The translations under genes and the position numbers were made by a program. A DNA stretch of 32,000 nt, taken from contig NZ_JAYKGW010000151.1 in the NCBI RefSeq assembly GCF_035285525.1, forward strand, positions 9,941 through 41,940. Reading direction: 5' to 3'. A model generated the notes under the pieces. That model did no database searches, was not told the DNA's origin, and saw nothing but the letters and a program-made list of their open reading frames with translations. Shown here piece after piece: positions 1 through 9,107 of this stretch (positions within the stretch are counted from its first letter, which is position 1; every line of letters starts with the position of its first letter). This DNA is from Okeania sp. Lineage in GTDB: Bacteria; Cyanobacteriota; Cyanobacteriia; Cyanobacteriales; Microcoleaceae.

Positions 1-674
1 TTGGTTACAGCTATTCTTTTGATACCGTTTACAATATCTGGATGACTATTCGCATTCCATTTAAAGATTTAATTCCGGTATTTCGTGCCAGAGTTGTCGA
101 AAATGCTCAACCTTTTAATCCTAATCAAATTTATTCTTACCAATTAATGTTGAGTAAATTTGAATATAACCGAGAACTTAATCCTAAATTTGCACCAGGA
201 TTTTTTCAGTTAGAAATTGAGTCTATTAAAGCTTATGGTAGCGAGGAGTTACCTAAGTTTGTATTGGTTAGTTCGGCAGGTGTAACTCGTCCGGGGCGAC
301 CAGATTTAAACTTAGATGAACAAATTCCCATAGTAAAGTTGAATGACCAATTAAAAGGTTTATTAAATTGGAAATTCAAAGGAGAAGAAGTTGTTCGTTC
401 TAGTGGTATTCCTTATACAGTAATTCGACCTTGTGGAATGACTGAACAACCAGGAGGTCAAGCTTTAATATTTGACCAAGGTGATAATATTAAGGGTCTT
501 GTTAGTCGGGATGATATTGCCGAACTTTGTGTTAAAGTTTTAGAAGAAAATCGGGCTAGCAATACAACTTTTGAGGTGAAAGGCGATCGAGAAAATCAAG
601 CAAGTTATGAAAATTGGGAGAAGTCATTTAATAGTTTAGAAACTGATAAGAAAAAGTCACTTTTGACAGTTTAA
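1..674 (+). CDS. CIA30-domain / NAD(P)-binding (atypical SDR, NmrA-like) fusion protein; 5' end lies outside the window
   Basis: The frame of ORF 42..674 stays open back to base 3 (GYSYSFDTVYNIW...), so the gene is cut by the window edge. The N-part (FNPNQIYSYQLMLSKFEYN...FFQLEIESIKAY) resembles the end of a CIA30 domain. The rest (KFVLVSSAGVTRPG...YTVIRPCGM...DDIAELCV) resembles an NAD(P)-binding epimerase/NmrA fold. Confidence 0.7.
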   Translation, partial: GYSYSFDTVYNIWMTIRIPFKDLIPVFRARVVENAQPFNPNQIYSYQLMLSKFEYNRELNPKFAPGFFQLEIESIKAYGSEELPKFVLVSSAGVTRPGRPDLNLDEQIPIVKLNDQLKGLLNWKFKGEEVVRSSGIPYTVIRPCGMTEQPGGQALIFDQGDNIKGLVSRDDIAELCVKVLEENRASNTTFEVKGDRENQASYENWEKSFNSLETDKKKSLLTV

Positions 675-677
675 AAT

Positions 678-769
678 GTTGCAAATAATGTAGGCTGGAT
701 TGAGGAAAGAAACCCAACATAAAGTTGCAAATAATGTAGGTTGGGTTGAGGTCGGAAACCCAACAAAAA
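678..769. repeat. Tandem duplication (2 x 46 bp) of a TGTAGGTTGGGTTGA...AAACCCAAC hairpin repeat
   Basis: Units 678-723 and 724-769 both begin GTTGCAAATAATGTAGG and end AAACCCAAC. The same hairpin family recurs at 31879-31969. Confidence 0.85.
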
Positions 770-811
770 TAGTCTCATTCCACTAGGTGCGTTAATGAAA
801 TCTAACGCACC

Positions 812-1028
812 CTACTGGATTGTTTCACCTTAAATAGTGCATTAGGAAATCAGGCTATGTAGGGGCGGGTTTAACAAGTAAGCTAAAGTTTTCATGCGTT
901 TGTCAGATAAACCCGCCCCCTTGCCGCTGTCCCAGGGGCGGGTTTATGTAAATTTTAGAGTAAGCATGAAAATTTCCTCAAAAACCCGCCCCTACTATTG
1001 CACCATTTTAGATGAAACGGTCCACTAC
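812..1028. mobile_element. MITE-like element with ~34-bp imperfect terminal inverted repeats, carrying two nested GGGGCGGGTTT/AAACCCGCCCC hairpin units
   Basis: Left arm CTACTGGATTGTTTCACCTTAAATAGTGCATTAG (812-845) matches the reverse complement of the right arm CTATTGCACCATTTTAGATGAAACGGTCCACTAC (995-1028). Inside are two ~63-bp hairpins at 859-921 and 932-995. A second copy with different cargo lies at 22858-23022. ORF 894..1076 sits entirely on this repeat and is rejected. Confidence 0.7.
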
Positions 1029-1086
1029 CCTACTAGACTGAAACATTTGACAGAGGTTGCCGAACCTCCGCTATGAATCCCTTCAA

Positions 1087-1602
1087 TTAATAGGGTACAC
1101 CATCAGGTAAACACAGTGCAATGCGCTTCTGTTTTACTTGTTCTTCTTCAACACAGAGAGCTTCTATTTCCTGAACAACCTCTTCCGAGATATCGATCGC
1201 CTTTGCCATCTTGCGAACAGTTGCTTTTTCGCCTTCCGCATATTCTTGATCGGCAGAAGCAGCCTTGATGGCAAAGTAAATAACTGCTCGACGGCCTTTG
1301 CTGACGACTGAGGCATCAGTTACGACTTGGGAGATATCTTCGTTAGCTGGATAGGTTTCTAGTTCTTTCAATAAGGATTCTGGCGCACCCGCTGTTGCAC
1401 CTCGTCCAATTACCCATTTTCTCTCTTCTGGGGATAATTCTCCATCGCCATTTGCAACAATCAGAAGGGACTTGAGAAACGGTCCAAGGTCGATATGATT
1501 GGCAAGTTCCTCCGCAGTAGCCATTTTCTCTAGATCCCAGCCCCAACATTCCTTGTAATACCACTTAGCTACGATAGCCCTTATGTTATCTATCTCTGAC
1601 AT
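1087..1602 (-). CDS. TerB-like (tellurite-resistance TerB / DjlA N-terminal fold) protein
   Basis: 171-aa ORF with two TerB-style acidic helix motifs (ANGDGELSPEERKWV and AASADQEYAEGEKATVRKMAKAIDIS). The assignment rests on motif recognition only. Confidence 0.55.
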   Translation of the reverse strand: MSEIDNIRAIVAKWYYKECWGWDLEKMATAEELANHIDLGPFLKSLLIVANGDGELSPEERKWVIGRGATAGAPESLLKELETYPANEDISQVVTDASVVSKGRRAVIYFAIKAASADQEYAEGEKATVRKMAKAIDISEEVVQEIEALCVEEEQVKQKRIALCLPDGVPY

Positions 1603-1629
1603 TTTTTTCTCCTGGCTTTTGATAATAAT

Positions 1630-1707
1630 AGGACTTACGATATAGCGTATTCGGTCTGTTAAGCTGACGCTAACACATCCTACTAATAGCGTTTATGCGT
1701 AAGTCCT
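1630..1707. mobile_element. MITE of the AGGACTTACG...CGTAAGTCCT family
   Basis: Terminal inverted repeats AGGACTTACG (1630-1639) and GCGTAAGTCCT (1697-1707). Other copies are at 7071-7165, 18187-18246 and 29887-29988. Solo ends are at 23081-23095 and 27897-27911. Confidence 0.75.
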
Positions 1708-1838
1708 GAATAAAACAGTTTTTACCTTTACTAAGACATATCTTTCTAATCAGAAATATAGATTTAGCCATTAAGCCTATGCCTTAAACAAAAATTTATA
1801 TTCTCTAAAATCACGAACTTAGGCTTTTAGTAGTTGAG

Positions 1839-1925
1839 TAGGGTGCGTTTTGCGTTCCGCAAAGCTCCGCTTTATATGTCGCGAAGCAAAATACTGGGTT
1901 ACAGGAAAATGAAATGTAACGCACC
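1839..1925. repeat. TAGGGTGCGTT...TAACGCACC hairpin repeat (long version)
   Basis: Inverted ends TAGGGTGCGTT (1839-1849) and TAACGCACC (1917-1925). A minimal 31-bp version, TAGGTGCGTTAATGAAATCTAACGCACCCTA, lies at 784-814. Related copies are at 23030-23060 and 27848-27878. Confidence 0.7.
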
Positions 1926-2022
1926 ACTTAATATATTTAAAGTCATTTCAGTTATCAGTAAATAGGAAAGTTCTGTATATGATAAAATCTTGAATAATAA
2001 ATAGATTAAGGAGCATAAAATA

Positions 2023-2577
2023 ATGGCTAAAGGTTTTGGTGTATCTAATTCTGGTTCTAAGAAAAAGAAAAATAAGTCAGGTAAATTTTTTTCTGAACTA
2101 CCAGAGGAAAAACAAGTAACAGAAGTAAAAGAAGGTTGTAAATATATAGAAGAGGATTCTTACTTTATCTTAAAAGTTGACAATCTTAATACTTTTGATT
2201 TTAACAATATTTGGGGTGATGATGATCTGTATATTCCAGGAATAGAAGGATTTGATGGATTTAGTGAAAATGGTTTGGTCTATTCAGATAATGAATTTTA
2301 TAGCTTTTGTATAGAAGAAAATTTAGGAGCAGAATATACTCTGAGAATGGCAAAATATTTAACTATGAAAACTCAAAAAAGCCATGTTGTTATTGGTATA
2401 TTAGCAAATGGTAAAGATGAGTTTACTGGAAAATATGAGTATGATGAGGAGTTGAAAAAACAGCATCAAATATTACTTGATGTATTTGGTAAAATGCCAG
2501 AATATAATGAATATGTAAATTACATTGATGAACCATTGAATAAGGAAATCAAAAAGTTATCAAGGTACTTTTCATAA
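2023..2577 (+). CDS. Hypothetical protein (184 aa), no recognisable domain
   Basis: Clean ATG ORF with a strong Shine-Dalgarno (TAAGGAGC) about 8 nt upstream. It has a lysine-rich N-terminus and very AT-rich codon usage. I recognise no family. Confidence 0.55.
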   Translation: MAKGFGVSNSGSKKKKNKSGKFFSELPEEKQVTEVKEGCKYIEEDSYFILKVDNLNTFDFNNIWGDDDLYIPGIEGFDGFSENGLVYSDNEFYSFCIEENLGAEYTLRMAKYLTMKTQKSHVVIGILANGKDEFTGKYEYDEELKKQHQILLDVFGKMPEYNEYVNYIDEPLNKEIKKLSRYFS

Positions 2578-2701
2578 TTTATGAGTAACTATAATTACCG
2601 AAATATTTAGGTATAAAGCCTCTTGATTCATAGACACAAAAATCCTTTTTGTCAATCTCTATATTAAAGAAGAGGCAATTATTAATTATTAATTTTCACA
2701 G

Positions 2702-3596
2702 TTACTTCTTTGTCAACCAATTTGATAAATCGTCAAAATTAGTAAAGTCAAAAATCTCTTCACTCAAATTCTCCAACTCCTCCAAAGATAAATATGATAA
2801 CTGATTTTTCAGATTCTCTGGAACTTCACCAAAACGCTTTTTAAGTAAGCGAATTATTACTTCAATTTCTCTTTCTTTCTTTCCTTCTTCTTTTCCTTCT
2901 TCCTTTCGTTCTTGTTTCCCTTCTTCTTTAGCAAAAGCAATTTGACCGCGACGGTCTCGAATCAAGGTTTCTTGTCCATGTAATTTGTCGAGTTCTTGAG
3001 GACTTAAATTAGCTTGGTTAGCAATATTGAGAGCTTTTTCTATTTCGGGAACTTCCTTTAAAGAAGTTGGTATTTCCTCCAACATAGCTGCTTCTTTAAT
3101 AAAATAAATCTACTTATCTGTTAAAGTCTCTAATTCAGATAAATTCTTCTTAAACTTGGGCAACTCTACAAATACAAAACCCATTTGCTCTTTAGTATAT
3201 TCAACATTTTCTGATTTCTCTTTGAAAACAAAATTGGTAATCAATTTGTCGATTTTGGGAAACATCAGAAAATCCATAATTGTTAAAGCTATTATTGGTC
3301 TAATCTCTGGATTATATTCTCCCCTTCTTAAATGGTTGGAGTAAATTTTGGCAGCATTATAAACCACGCGATTTTCAAAACCTGCTACGTTAGCAACTTG
3401 CATCTCAATAATTAAAACTATCCTTGAAAATTTCAACTTGACCAGGACTATAAGGGTCGATAATTTCTAGAGATTTAATCTTGTTTTTTCCCTCATAAAT
3501 AATGGCGTTGAGAAAGCTAATTAATATGTCTTGACTCTCAGATGAACCGAATATTTTCTTAAAAGCATAATCAAGTTTGGAATTAATAAATTTCAT
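2702..3596 (-). pseudogene. Rpn-family recombination-promoting nuclease / PD-(D/E)XK 'putative transposase' (YhgA-like) with C-terminal DUF4351-like tail; disrupted
   Basis: Three ORF fragments (3405..3596, 3110..3436, 2702..3085) together recreate the family architecture: MKFINSKLDYAFKKIFG..., ...IIEMQVANVAGFENRVVYNAAKIY..., ...EVPEIEKALNIANQANLSPQELD...LIRLLKKRFGEVPE. Fragments 2 and 3 are in the same frame, separated by TAG at 3110-3112. This falls where the family has Trp (LTDK*IYFIK). Fragments 1 and 2 differ in frame and about 20-25 residues before IIEMQV appear to be deleted. Confidence 0.8.
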
Positions 3597-3705
3597 AGTA
3601 ATTTAACCTCCTAATTAATGACTTTTCTATATGCAAAACTGGAAATTTAACTTCCTAAAATCCCATTATATCTTAAATAGTATTTCTCAGATTAGCCCTT
3701 TTTAA

Positions 3706-3798
3706 ATTGATGAACCACATCGCCATAACCAAAATATTGTAGGGACGTTGCGTGCAACATCCCTACTTTGTTCTACCTTCCAGAAAAACCGTTGTAAG
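3706..3798. repeat. Dispersed repeat containing the TAGGGACGTTGC...GCAACGTCCCTA hairpin
   Basis: ATTGATGAACCACATCGCCATAACCAAAAT...GTAGGGACGTTGCGTGCAACATCCCTAC...AAAACCGTTGTAAG is about 80% identical to 22746-22848. The core palindrome recurs perfectly at 22945-22972 and in degenerate form at 26555-26575. Confidence 0.8.
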
Positions 3799-3997
3799 TT
3801 ATATATATTAGGTGCATCTCAATTTTGAAGAAAGCCAAAAATTTATCACTTTTAGGGAACAATTAACTAATAAGTATAGAAATTGCAATCGCATCAATTT
3901 TCACTTCTCACAAAAACAGTTTAAAATCCTCAAATATGCTTAAAAAAAACTAATATCAAGTAGAATATTCCCCTAATTTATCTATAGCAATCCTAAA

Positions 3998-4255
3998 TAG
4001 GGTTTGCTGAAAAAGTCTTTTAGTAGCAGGGAGAAGCCAGAATCGGTTAATCCCGAATCCAGGAGGAATAGGAGCTACAGAAGAGTAGGAGGAAGAATTA
4101 TCCCTTGATTTACGGTTCCCGAAAAATCGGCTAATTATGGCAGAAAATCCTAGATTTTTTTAGCTTTCAAGACTTAAAAGCTGGTACTTTTTCATAATCT
4201 AAAAATGCTAAAAAGTTTATTTGTAAAGGCTTTCATCTTTAATCAGCAAACCCTA
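3998..4255. repeat. 258-bp segment bounded by 13-bp inverted repeats (TAGGGTTTGCTGA / TCAGCAAACCCTA); possible MITE
   Basis: Inverted repeats at 3998-4010 and 4243-4255. CCTAAATAG occurs at both edges (3992-4000 and 4252-4260). There is no ORF inside and I saw no second copy in the window. Confidence 0.35.
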
Positions 4256-4363
4256 AATAGTTTTTAACAATTCAAAAACCAGAAATAAACTCCGAAACTC
4301 TTGCCCATTGCCTATTCCCGAAAAGCGGTAAAATTTTTATACACAAATAAAATAGGATTACTA

Positions 4364-4384
4364 TAACTGATAACTGATAACTGA
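4364..4384. repeat. STRR-type heptamer tandem repeat (TAACTGA x3)
   Basis: TAACTGA at 4364, 4371 and 4378, immediately downstream of the CHAT gene stop codon. Confidence 0.85.
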
Positions 4385-4389
4385 AATAA

Positions 4390-6750
4390 CTAAGCCAGTT
4401 CTTCTGAACTTTTATGATGTTCAAATTGCTGCAACTGCCGAAGTTTCAATAGCAAATCCCAATCATGACGTGCTTGAGGAGACCACAACCAGTTTTTTTG
4501 TAGTTGTAATATATGAAATTCTTGCCCAGCTTCTCTCATAACTTTACCAGCATATTTAAAAGCTTGAACAGGAGTTTTTTGTAAACTTTGAGCAGATTTA
4601 AGTTTGACTAATCCTAGACCTGCATAAGCATTTAGAGCTTCTCTATTCTTGACTGATAATTTTTTTTGATAATCATAAGAAACAGGATTAACTTTTGCAA
4701 ATTCTGGAGCAATTTCTCCAGATAAATGTAACACTTTTAACCAAGCTATATAAGCTTTTTCTATGTCTCCTTTAGTGTAATAAGCAAACCCTAAAGCATT
4801 TTGATATTGAATATTTTCTGGTTTTTTTATAGCTGCTTGTTCCCAATATTTTATAGCTTCATCTATCAGATTACTTTGATTTCTATCTTGGAACAACTCC
4901 CAAGCTAATCTACCTTTAAGAAAATTTATTTCTGGATGATCTTTAAGTTTTTCGGGTACAGCAGATATAGTTTCTCCAGCATTCATTAATTCTCCTCTTT
5001 CTAGTAATGTTTCTACTACCAATTTACCAGCTTGAAGATCATTTTGATTAAACTGTTCAATTGCCAGAGTTTGTGCTTCTGAGCCACTATTAATTGTCTC
5101 ATTAACAAGTCGAATTCTATTATATTCATAGTTGAGACCTGGAGCAGGTGCTTTTGGCAATTTAACGTTCATTTGTAATTGCCGATTCAAAATAATGAGA
5201 TTTGTGCCAAACAATAACAGCATTCCTGATATAGTATATTTTAATGTTTTTTTCCATAAACTAAGAGACTTTTTCGGAGTTTCTGATATGTCTACTTTTG
5301 ACAGAAATTCTTCACTATTTTGTGTGAGTATAATTGGTTGACTATCTAAGTGTTTTTCTATTTCTTTGCCTTGCAAAATCTCCTGAAGTGTCATCACTCC
5401 TTCTTGACTCTCTTCAACTTGCCAATTAAAATTATCAGTTTCCAGTTCAGCAGCATACCCTTCCAGGTTTTCTAAATTAATATCTGGTAGAACACGAGTT
5501 GAATCTTCAGAATTAGCCAAAGATTCGCTTTCTTCATTGACATTAATAGGTGTCAGGAAATCCTCTTCTATTTCATTTTGAGAACTTTTTTGTGGTTCAA
5601 TTAAATATCCATCAAATTCTTGATGTAGATAAACAACTGGTAAAGCCCAATAAAGTTGATCTGAACCGTAGGCAGAAATCAAACCTTGTCTAGCTCTATT
5701 TAAACTTAAATCTATGGGATAACCTTGATTAAGATTGCGATAAAACAAGCGTGTCAAAATCAGAGAAACATCATCTGGTATCCGTTCCGCCATTGCTAGC
5801 ACCCCCGGAATCCCCCTTTTCACCATCGCTTCTGCTAAATTGATTTCTACTCCCTCATTAATAGGATCAACTAGATGATTATAAGCACCTCGACATGAGT
5901 TGAAGACTGCCATTTGAATACCATTATTAACTAGCAAACCTGCTAAGTCTTTCCCACTTAGACTTTCTGTTAAGCCTGTAGTATTACTGACTAAAGATAT
6001 TTCGCCACCAGAAACACCCCAGTTACTATGACCTGCATAGTGAAAAACCTGATATTTACCTTGCTCTAAAGCTTGGGTAAGTTGTTCTCGTCCTGGTTGT
6101 CGGAGAATATCCAGGTGAATGTGAGTTTCCCCACTATTTTTTTGCAGTTCCTGTTGTAATGCTTCGTATTCTTTTTCTAGTTGTAGACTGTCTTTATCAG
6201 TCGGAGCAGCAATCACCATTAAGATTTTTAATGGTTCTTCAGATGTTAATGTCCGGTTAGATTTAGGTAAGCAGGTATTAGGTTGATAGCGAGAGAAAAC
6301 AATATCAGTACCAGTTGCCAAGGGGCGATCGCCTAAATGGAGTACCTCCCAAGGCAAACTGGATATATGTCTGTCCTTAGTACCTAGACGTAATTGTAAA
6401 ACCTCCCCTCGATTATGAGCAATTGCTTCGGCACATTTCCAACTCTTTCCCAGATCATCTTTAAATAATTCTTGATACATTTTTTGGCCTAATGCTACTA
6501 AACTTGGACTTACCACTTCCCCAGATCTGGCCACAATCTGATCGGGGATGATTACCTGAGAATTAGATTTTTCTTCAAGAAGATCGAGTAATGGATCGCC
6601 AAATAAGTGACGTGCTTGCTCCAGCCATTCTTTGACAGGCCATGCAACTATTTCTTCAGCCACAGGGACACCAATGGGGACTTTTTCTGTACGGACAAAA
6701 TACTCGTCTTCTCCTAGGGGAGTAATAGAAATATGAAATTCTTGAGTCAC
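4390..6750 (-). CDS. CHAT-domain (caspase-hemoglobinase fold) protease with a central TM helix and C-terminal TPR repeats; HetF-like
   Basis: 786-aa ORF with a GTG start preceded by AAGGA. A caspase-type dyad is present: His in VFHYAGHS (H241) and Cys in AVFNSCRG (C286). A hydrophobic helix (ISGMLLLFGTNLIILN) lies near residue 510. TPR-like repeats occupy the last ~250 aa (IKYWEQAAIKKPENIQYQNALGFAYYTKGDIEKAYIAWLKVL). Size, membrane anchoring and the 45-residue H/C spacing fit what I recall of Anabaena HetF. Confidence 0.8.
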   Translation of the reverse strand: MTQEFHISITPLGEDEYFVRTEKVPIGVPVAEEIVAWPVKEWLEQARHLFGDPLLDLLEEKSNSQVIIPDQIVARSGEVVSPSLVALGQKMYQELFKDDLGKSWKCAEAIAHNRGEVLQLRLGTKDRHISSLPWEVLHLGDRPLATGTDIVFSRYQPNTCLPKSNRTLTSEEPLKILMVIAAPTDKDSLQLEKEYEALQQELQKNSGETHIHLDILRQPGREQLTQALEQGKYQVFHYAGHSNWGVSGGEISLVSNTTGLTESLSGKDLAGLLVNNGIQMAVFNSCRGAYNHLVDPINEGVEINLAEAMVKRGIPGVLAMAERIPDDVSLILTRLFYRNLNQGYPIDLSLNRARQGLISAYGSDQLYWALPVVYLHQEFDGYLIEPQKSSQNEIEEDFLTPINVNEESESLANSEDSTRVLPDINLENLEGYAAELETDNFNWQVEESQEGVMTLQEILQGKEIEKHLDSQPIILTQNSEEFLSKVDISETPKKSLSLWKKTLKYTISGMLLLFGTNLIILNRQLQMNVKLPKAPAPGLNYEYNRIRLVNETINSGSEAQTLAIEQFNQNDLQAGKLVVETLLERGELMNAGETISAVPEKLKDHPEINFLKGRLAWELFQDRNQSNLIDEAIKYWEQAAIKKPENIQYQNALGFAYYTKGDIEKAYIAWLKVLHLSGEIAPEFAKVNPVSYDYQKKLSVKNREALNAYAGLGLVKLKSAQSLQKTPVQAFKYAGKVMREAGQEFHILQLQKNWLWSPQARHDWDLLLKLRQLQQFEHHKSSEELA

Positions 6751-7070
6751 TTAATTTTCTATCCTTCTGCTCAAATTATTTATTCCGTCAAAACTCCTGA
6801 TTTTTTCTTTTAATTGTGAATACATGGAAAAGAAATGACGGCTATGGTTATGTAGCTAGTCTAAACAAGGTGAAAGTATTGCTGGTTATGATTTTCCAGG
6901 ACTAGCAATTTTCACACTTGGTATTATATTTAACTGTCCTATACAATTGCCTATTAACTAATTCAGGAGTGCTTTCTAGATAATTTGACCATTAGCACTA
7001 AAATATTCATCTAGGGCTCAATTCTGTTAAATACCTAGATTTTAATTTTCAGCCTGACATCTAAAAATAG

Positions 7071-7165
7071 TCAGGACTTACGCACCAACCACCATTTTTG
7101 GTAGGGGAAAGTGGCATTTACTCCCTACAGATAGGGTATTGTTTCATAATTTGCGTAAGTCCTGA
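7071..7165. mobile_element. MITE of the AGGACTTACG...CGTAAGTCCT family
   Basis: TCAGGACTTACGCA (7071-7084) and TGCGTAAGTCCTGA (7152-7165) are perfect 14-bp inverted repeats. ORF 7125..7346 partly overlaps this repeat and is rejected. Confidence 0.8.
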
Positions 7166-8020
7166 TAGTAAAGATTGGGCAATGAATAGCAATAGCAATG
7201 ATTAATTGGTTTAAGTTGAGTAGATGACAGATTAAACTATTTTTTTTCCTTGACATTATTATAAGATAAAAAGTTTCTTTTTGATCTGGTTTGTGAACTG
7301 TATTTTTTATAATTATATCATAAGAAACCATCAAATATCTGAGCAAATCCGGTAGCTTAAACCATCTTTTTTTTGAGATATTGGAATCCTAAAAAGGTTT
7401 TAATTGAAGATTATTTAGAACTTTTCAATAATGGATAATTGATAATTACCTCTCCCTAAAAGGAAAAGGGTTGAATAAAAGGAAAAAATTTATTTCTCAA
7501 GGGGAGATTAGATATGGTTAGGAAAGCCATCCATCTTACCCTTCGGGAAGCTCCGCTGACGACCGCTTTTTCCCCTAGGGGAGGCTTCAAGGCACGAATT
7601 ATTTAATTATTTAATTATTAATTATTCGGTAAAGTTTGACTTTCAAATTGCTATAGAATAGTATATCTACGCAAGCGCGACCAAGAAACCGAGTTGATAG
7701 CTGCGCTCTTGTAGTTTCAACCAAGAAATTTCTTTGATCAACCCGTTTTCTGCGTAAGAAATTTGATCGTAGGGGTTGGTTTCCCAAACCCTACAGTTTT
7801 TTCTATTGATAGCAATTTTTGCGAATTTATGAAATAAAATTATTTTCTTTCTTTTCTATTACCTTGTTCTCTTCAACCTAAAGTTTTGTATTCATTGGCA
7901 ACGGAAAGTCCTGCATATACAGCAGATTTTATTAATGGTATAGCATTTGTGCTGCATAGAACAAATACTTGTGGAACAAAAGTTTGATAGTCAATGAGCA
8001 TTGCCAAAAATCCTATTGAT

Positions 8021-8398
8021 CTAGCAAGTACAATTTTTATGCTCTAACCATTGTTCCCCTAACTGTTTGATTGCCATCATTACTGGTTGCACTTGTAGAC
8101 CTTTTTCCGTCAGAGAATATTCGACATGGGGAGGCACTTCTGCATATACCCTCCTTGCTAACAAACCATGCTTTTCTAATTGTCTCAATCTTAATGTTAG
8201 GGTTTTTGAGCTAATTCCTGGTAGTGCTTCTAATAGTTCATGAGTTCGGCGATCGCCACTCAATAGTTCTCGCAAAATCAACACTGACCACTTAGTACCT
8301 AATATTCTCAATACAAACTGAATCGGACAATTATTACTGAGACAGAAAATATTTGGTATTTCCGCATTTGATTTAACACTTTTATTTTGAACTTTCAT
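8021..8398 (-). CDS. HxlR-family winged-helix transcriptional regulator
   Basis: 125 aa with the typical HxlR core: CPIQFVLRILGTKWSVLILRELLSGDRRTHELLEALPGISSKTLTLRLRQLEKHGLLARRVYAEVPPHVEYSLTEKG. Confidence 0.85.
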   Translation of the reverse strand: MKVQNKSVKSNAEIPNIFCLSNNCPIQFVLRILGTKWSVLILRELLSGDRRTHELLEALPGISSKTLTLRLRQLEKHGLLARRVYAEVPPHVEYSLTEKGLQVQPVMMAIKQLGEQWLEHKNCTC

Positions 8399-8752
8399 TT
8401 TCTGGTTACTTTTTTTGATAAATTTATATTTATTTAATATTAACCTTTTTTATTCAAAAAAACAAATTTTTTACTATATGTAACTAATACCAATTTTATA
8501 AATTTTTGTTACAGATGTTAGAAACAAGGAAAAAGGAGGAAGGAAGAAGAGGGAAAAATATAAAAAAGGATCAAAATGATAAATAAAGCTGTCTAAAATC
8601 AATTAGAGGAACTATTTTTAAGCATATCTAATTGAGATAGACTTGTTTGTAGCATTTTTTTTCAAAGCGAAATGCTTCATAAATATAACTTTTAATTCTC
8701 GCTATTAGACTAATTCGTTACTTTGGTGTCATAATAAGTTAAGTAAGTAAGC

Positions 8753-8898
8753 TTAGAGCAATTTCGGAGGCGCGTGAGTTACAAAATAAAGTTTCAAAGC
8801 CTATTAGTAGTTTTGGTAACACAACCGTCCAGGTTGTAACAATCTAGAAGATTGTGTTACAGATAACTGTACCTCACAATCATCAAAAATGCTGTAAT
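8753..8898. repeat. ~150-bp structured repeat (outer stem GTGAG(G)TACA...TGTACCTCAC, inner GTTACAACC...GGTTGTGTTAC), copy 1
   Basis: The reverse complement of 8753-8898 aligns along its whole length with 16920-17075. Shared blocks are TTACAGCA..GTGAGGTACAG..CTGTAACACA..GTTACAACCTGGA.GGTTGTGTTACCA..TTTGTA.CTCAC.CGC..GAAATTGCT.TAA. The two copies are in inverted orientation. Confidence 0.8.
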
Positions 8899-9107
8899 TA
8901 TTTGCACAATAGCAGTGAAAATTCAAAAATGTGAAAACCTATTAGTAACTTGCTTCTAGGTTATTTTTCATATTTTTATGACTACCTACTTACACAGGGC
9001 TATTTCATATCAGTGAAGCACACAAAAGACAGCCTTCTAGGCTGTGTTATAATTGCAAATTTTCTTTCCTAAATAACGAAAGCATTCCTTCTTCATTCAG
9101 ACATGAT

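Noticed and set aside
894-1076. 60-aa ORF from the six-frame track
   Set aside because: It lies entirely on the GGGGCGGGTTT hairpin repeats and the MITE arm. The same applies to 7125..7346, 24263..24517, 27678..27929, 27688..27870 and 31767..31958, which sit on dispersed repeats or, for part of 7125..7346, in ORF-poor repeat-rich spacer.
4390-6750. CHAT-TPR protein as a Csx29-like (type III-E CRISPR) or other defence-associated protease
   Set aside because: No CRISPR array, gRAMP/Cas7-11 or other defence genes lie nearby. The domain order is CHAT then TPR with a TM helix between them. A HetF-type developmental or divisome protease fits better.
6751-8020. Expected NsiR1-like tandem sRNA array upstream of the HetF-like gene
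   Set aside because: I could find no tandem direct repeats of ~60-100 bp and no exact TCCGGA (DIF-type) box in this interval. The closest match is TCCGGT at ~7349. It is therefore not reported as a feature.
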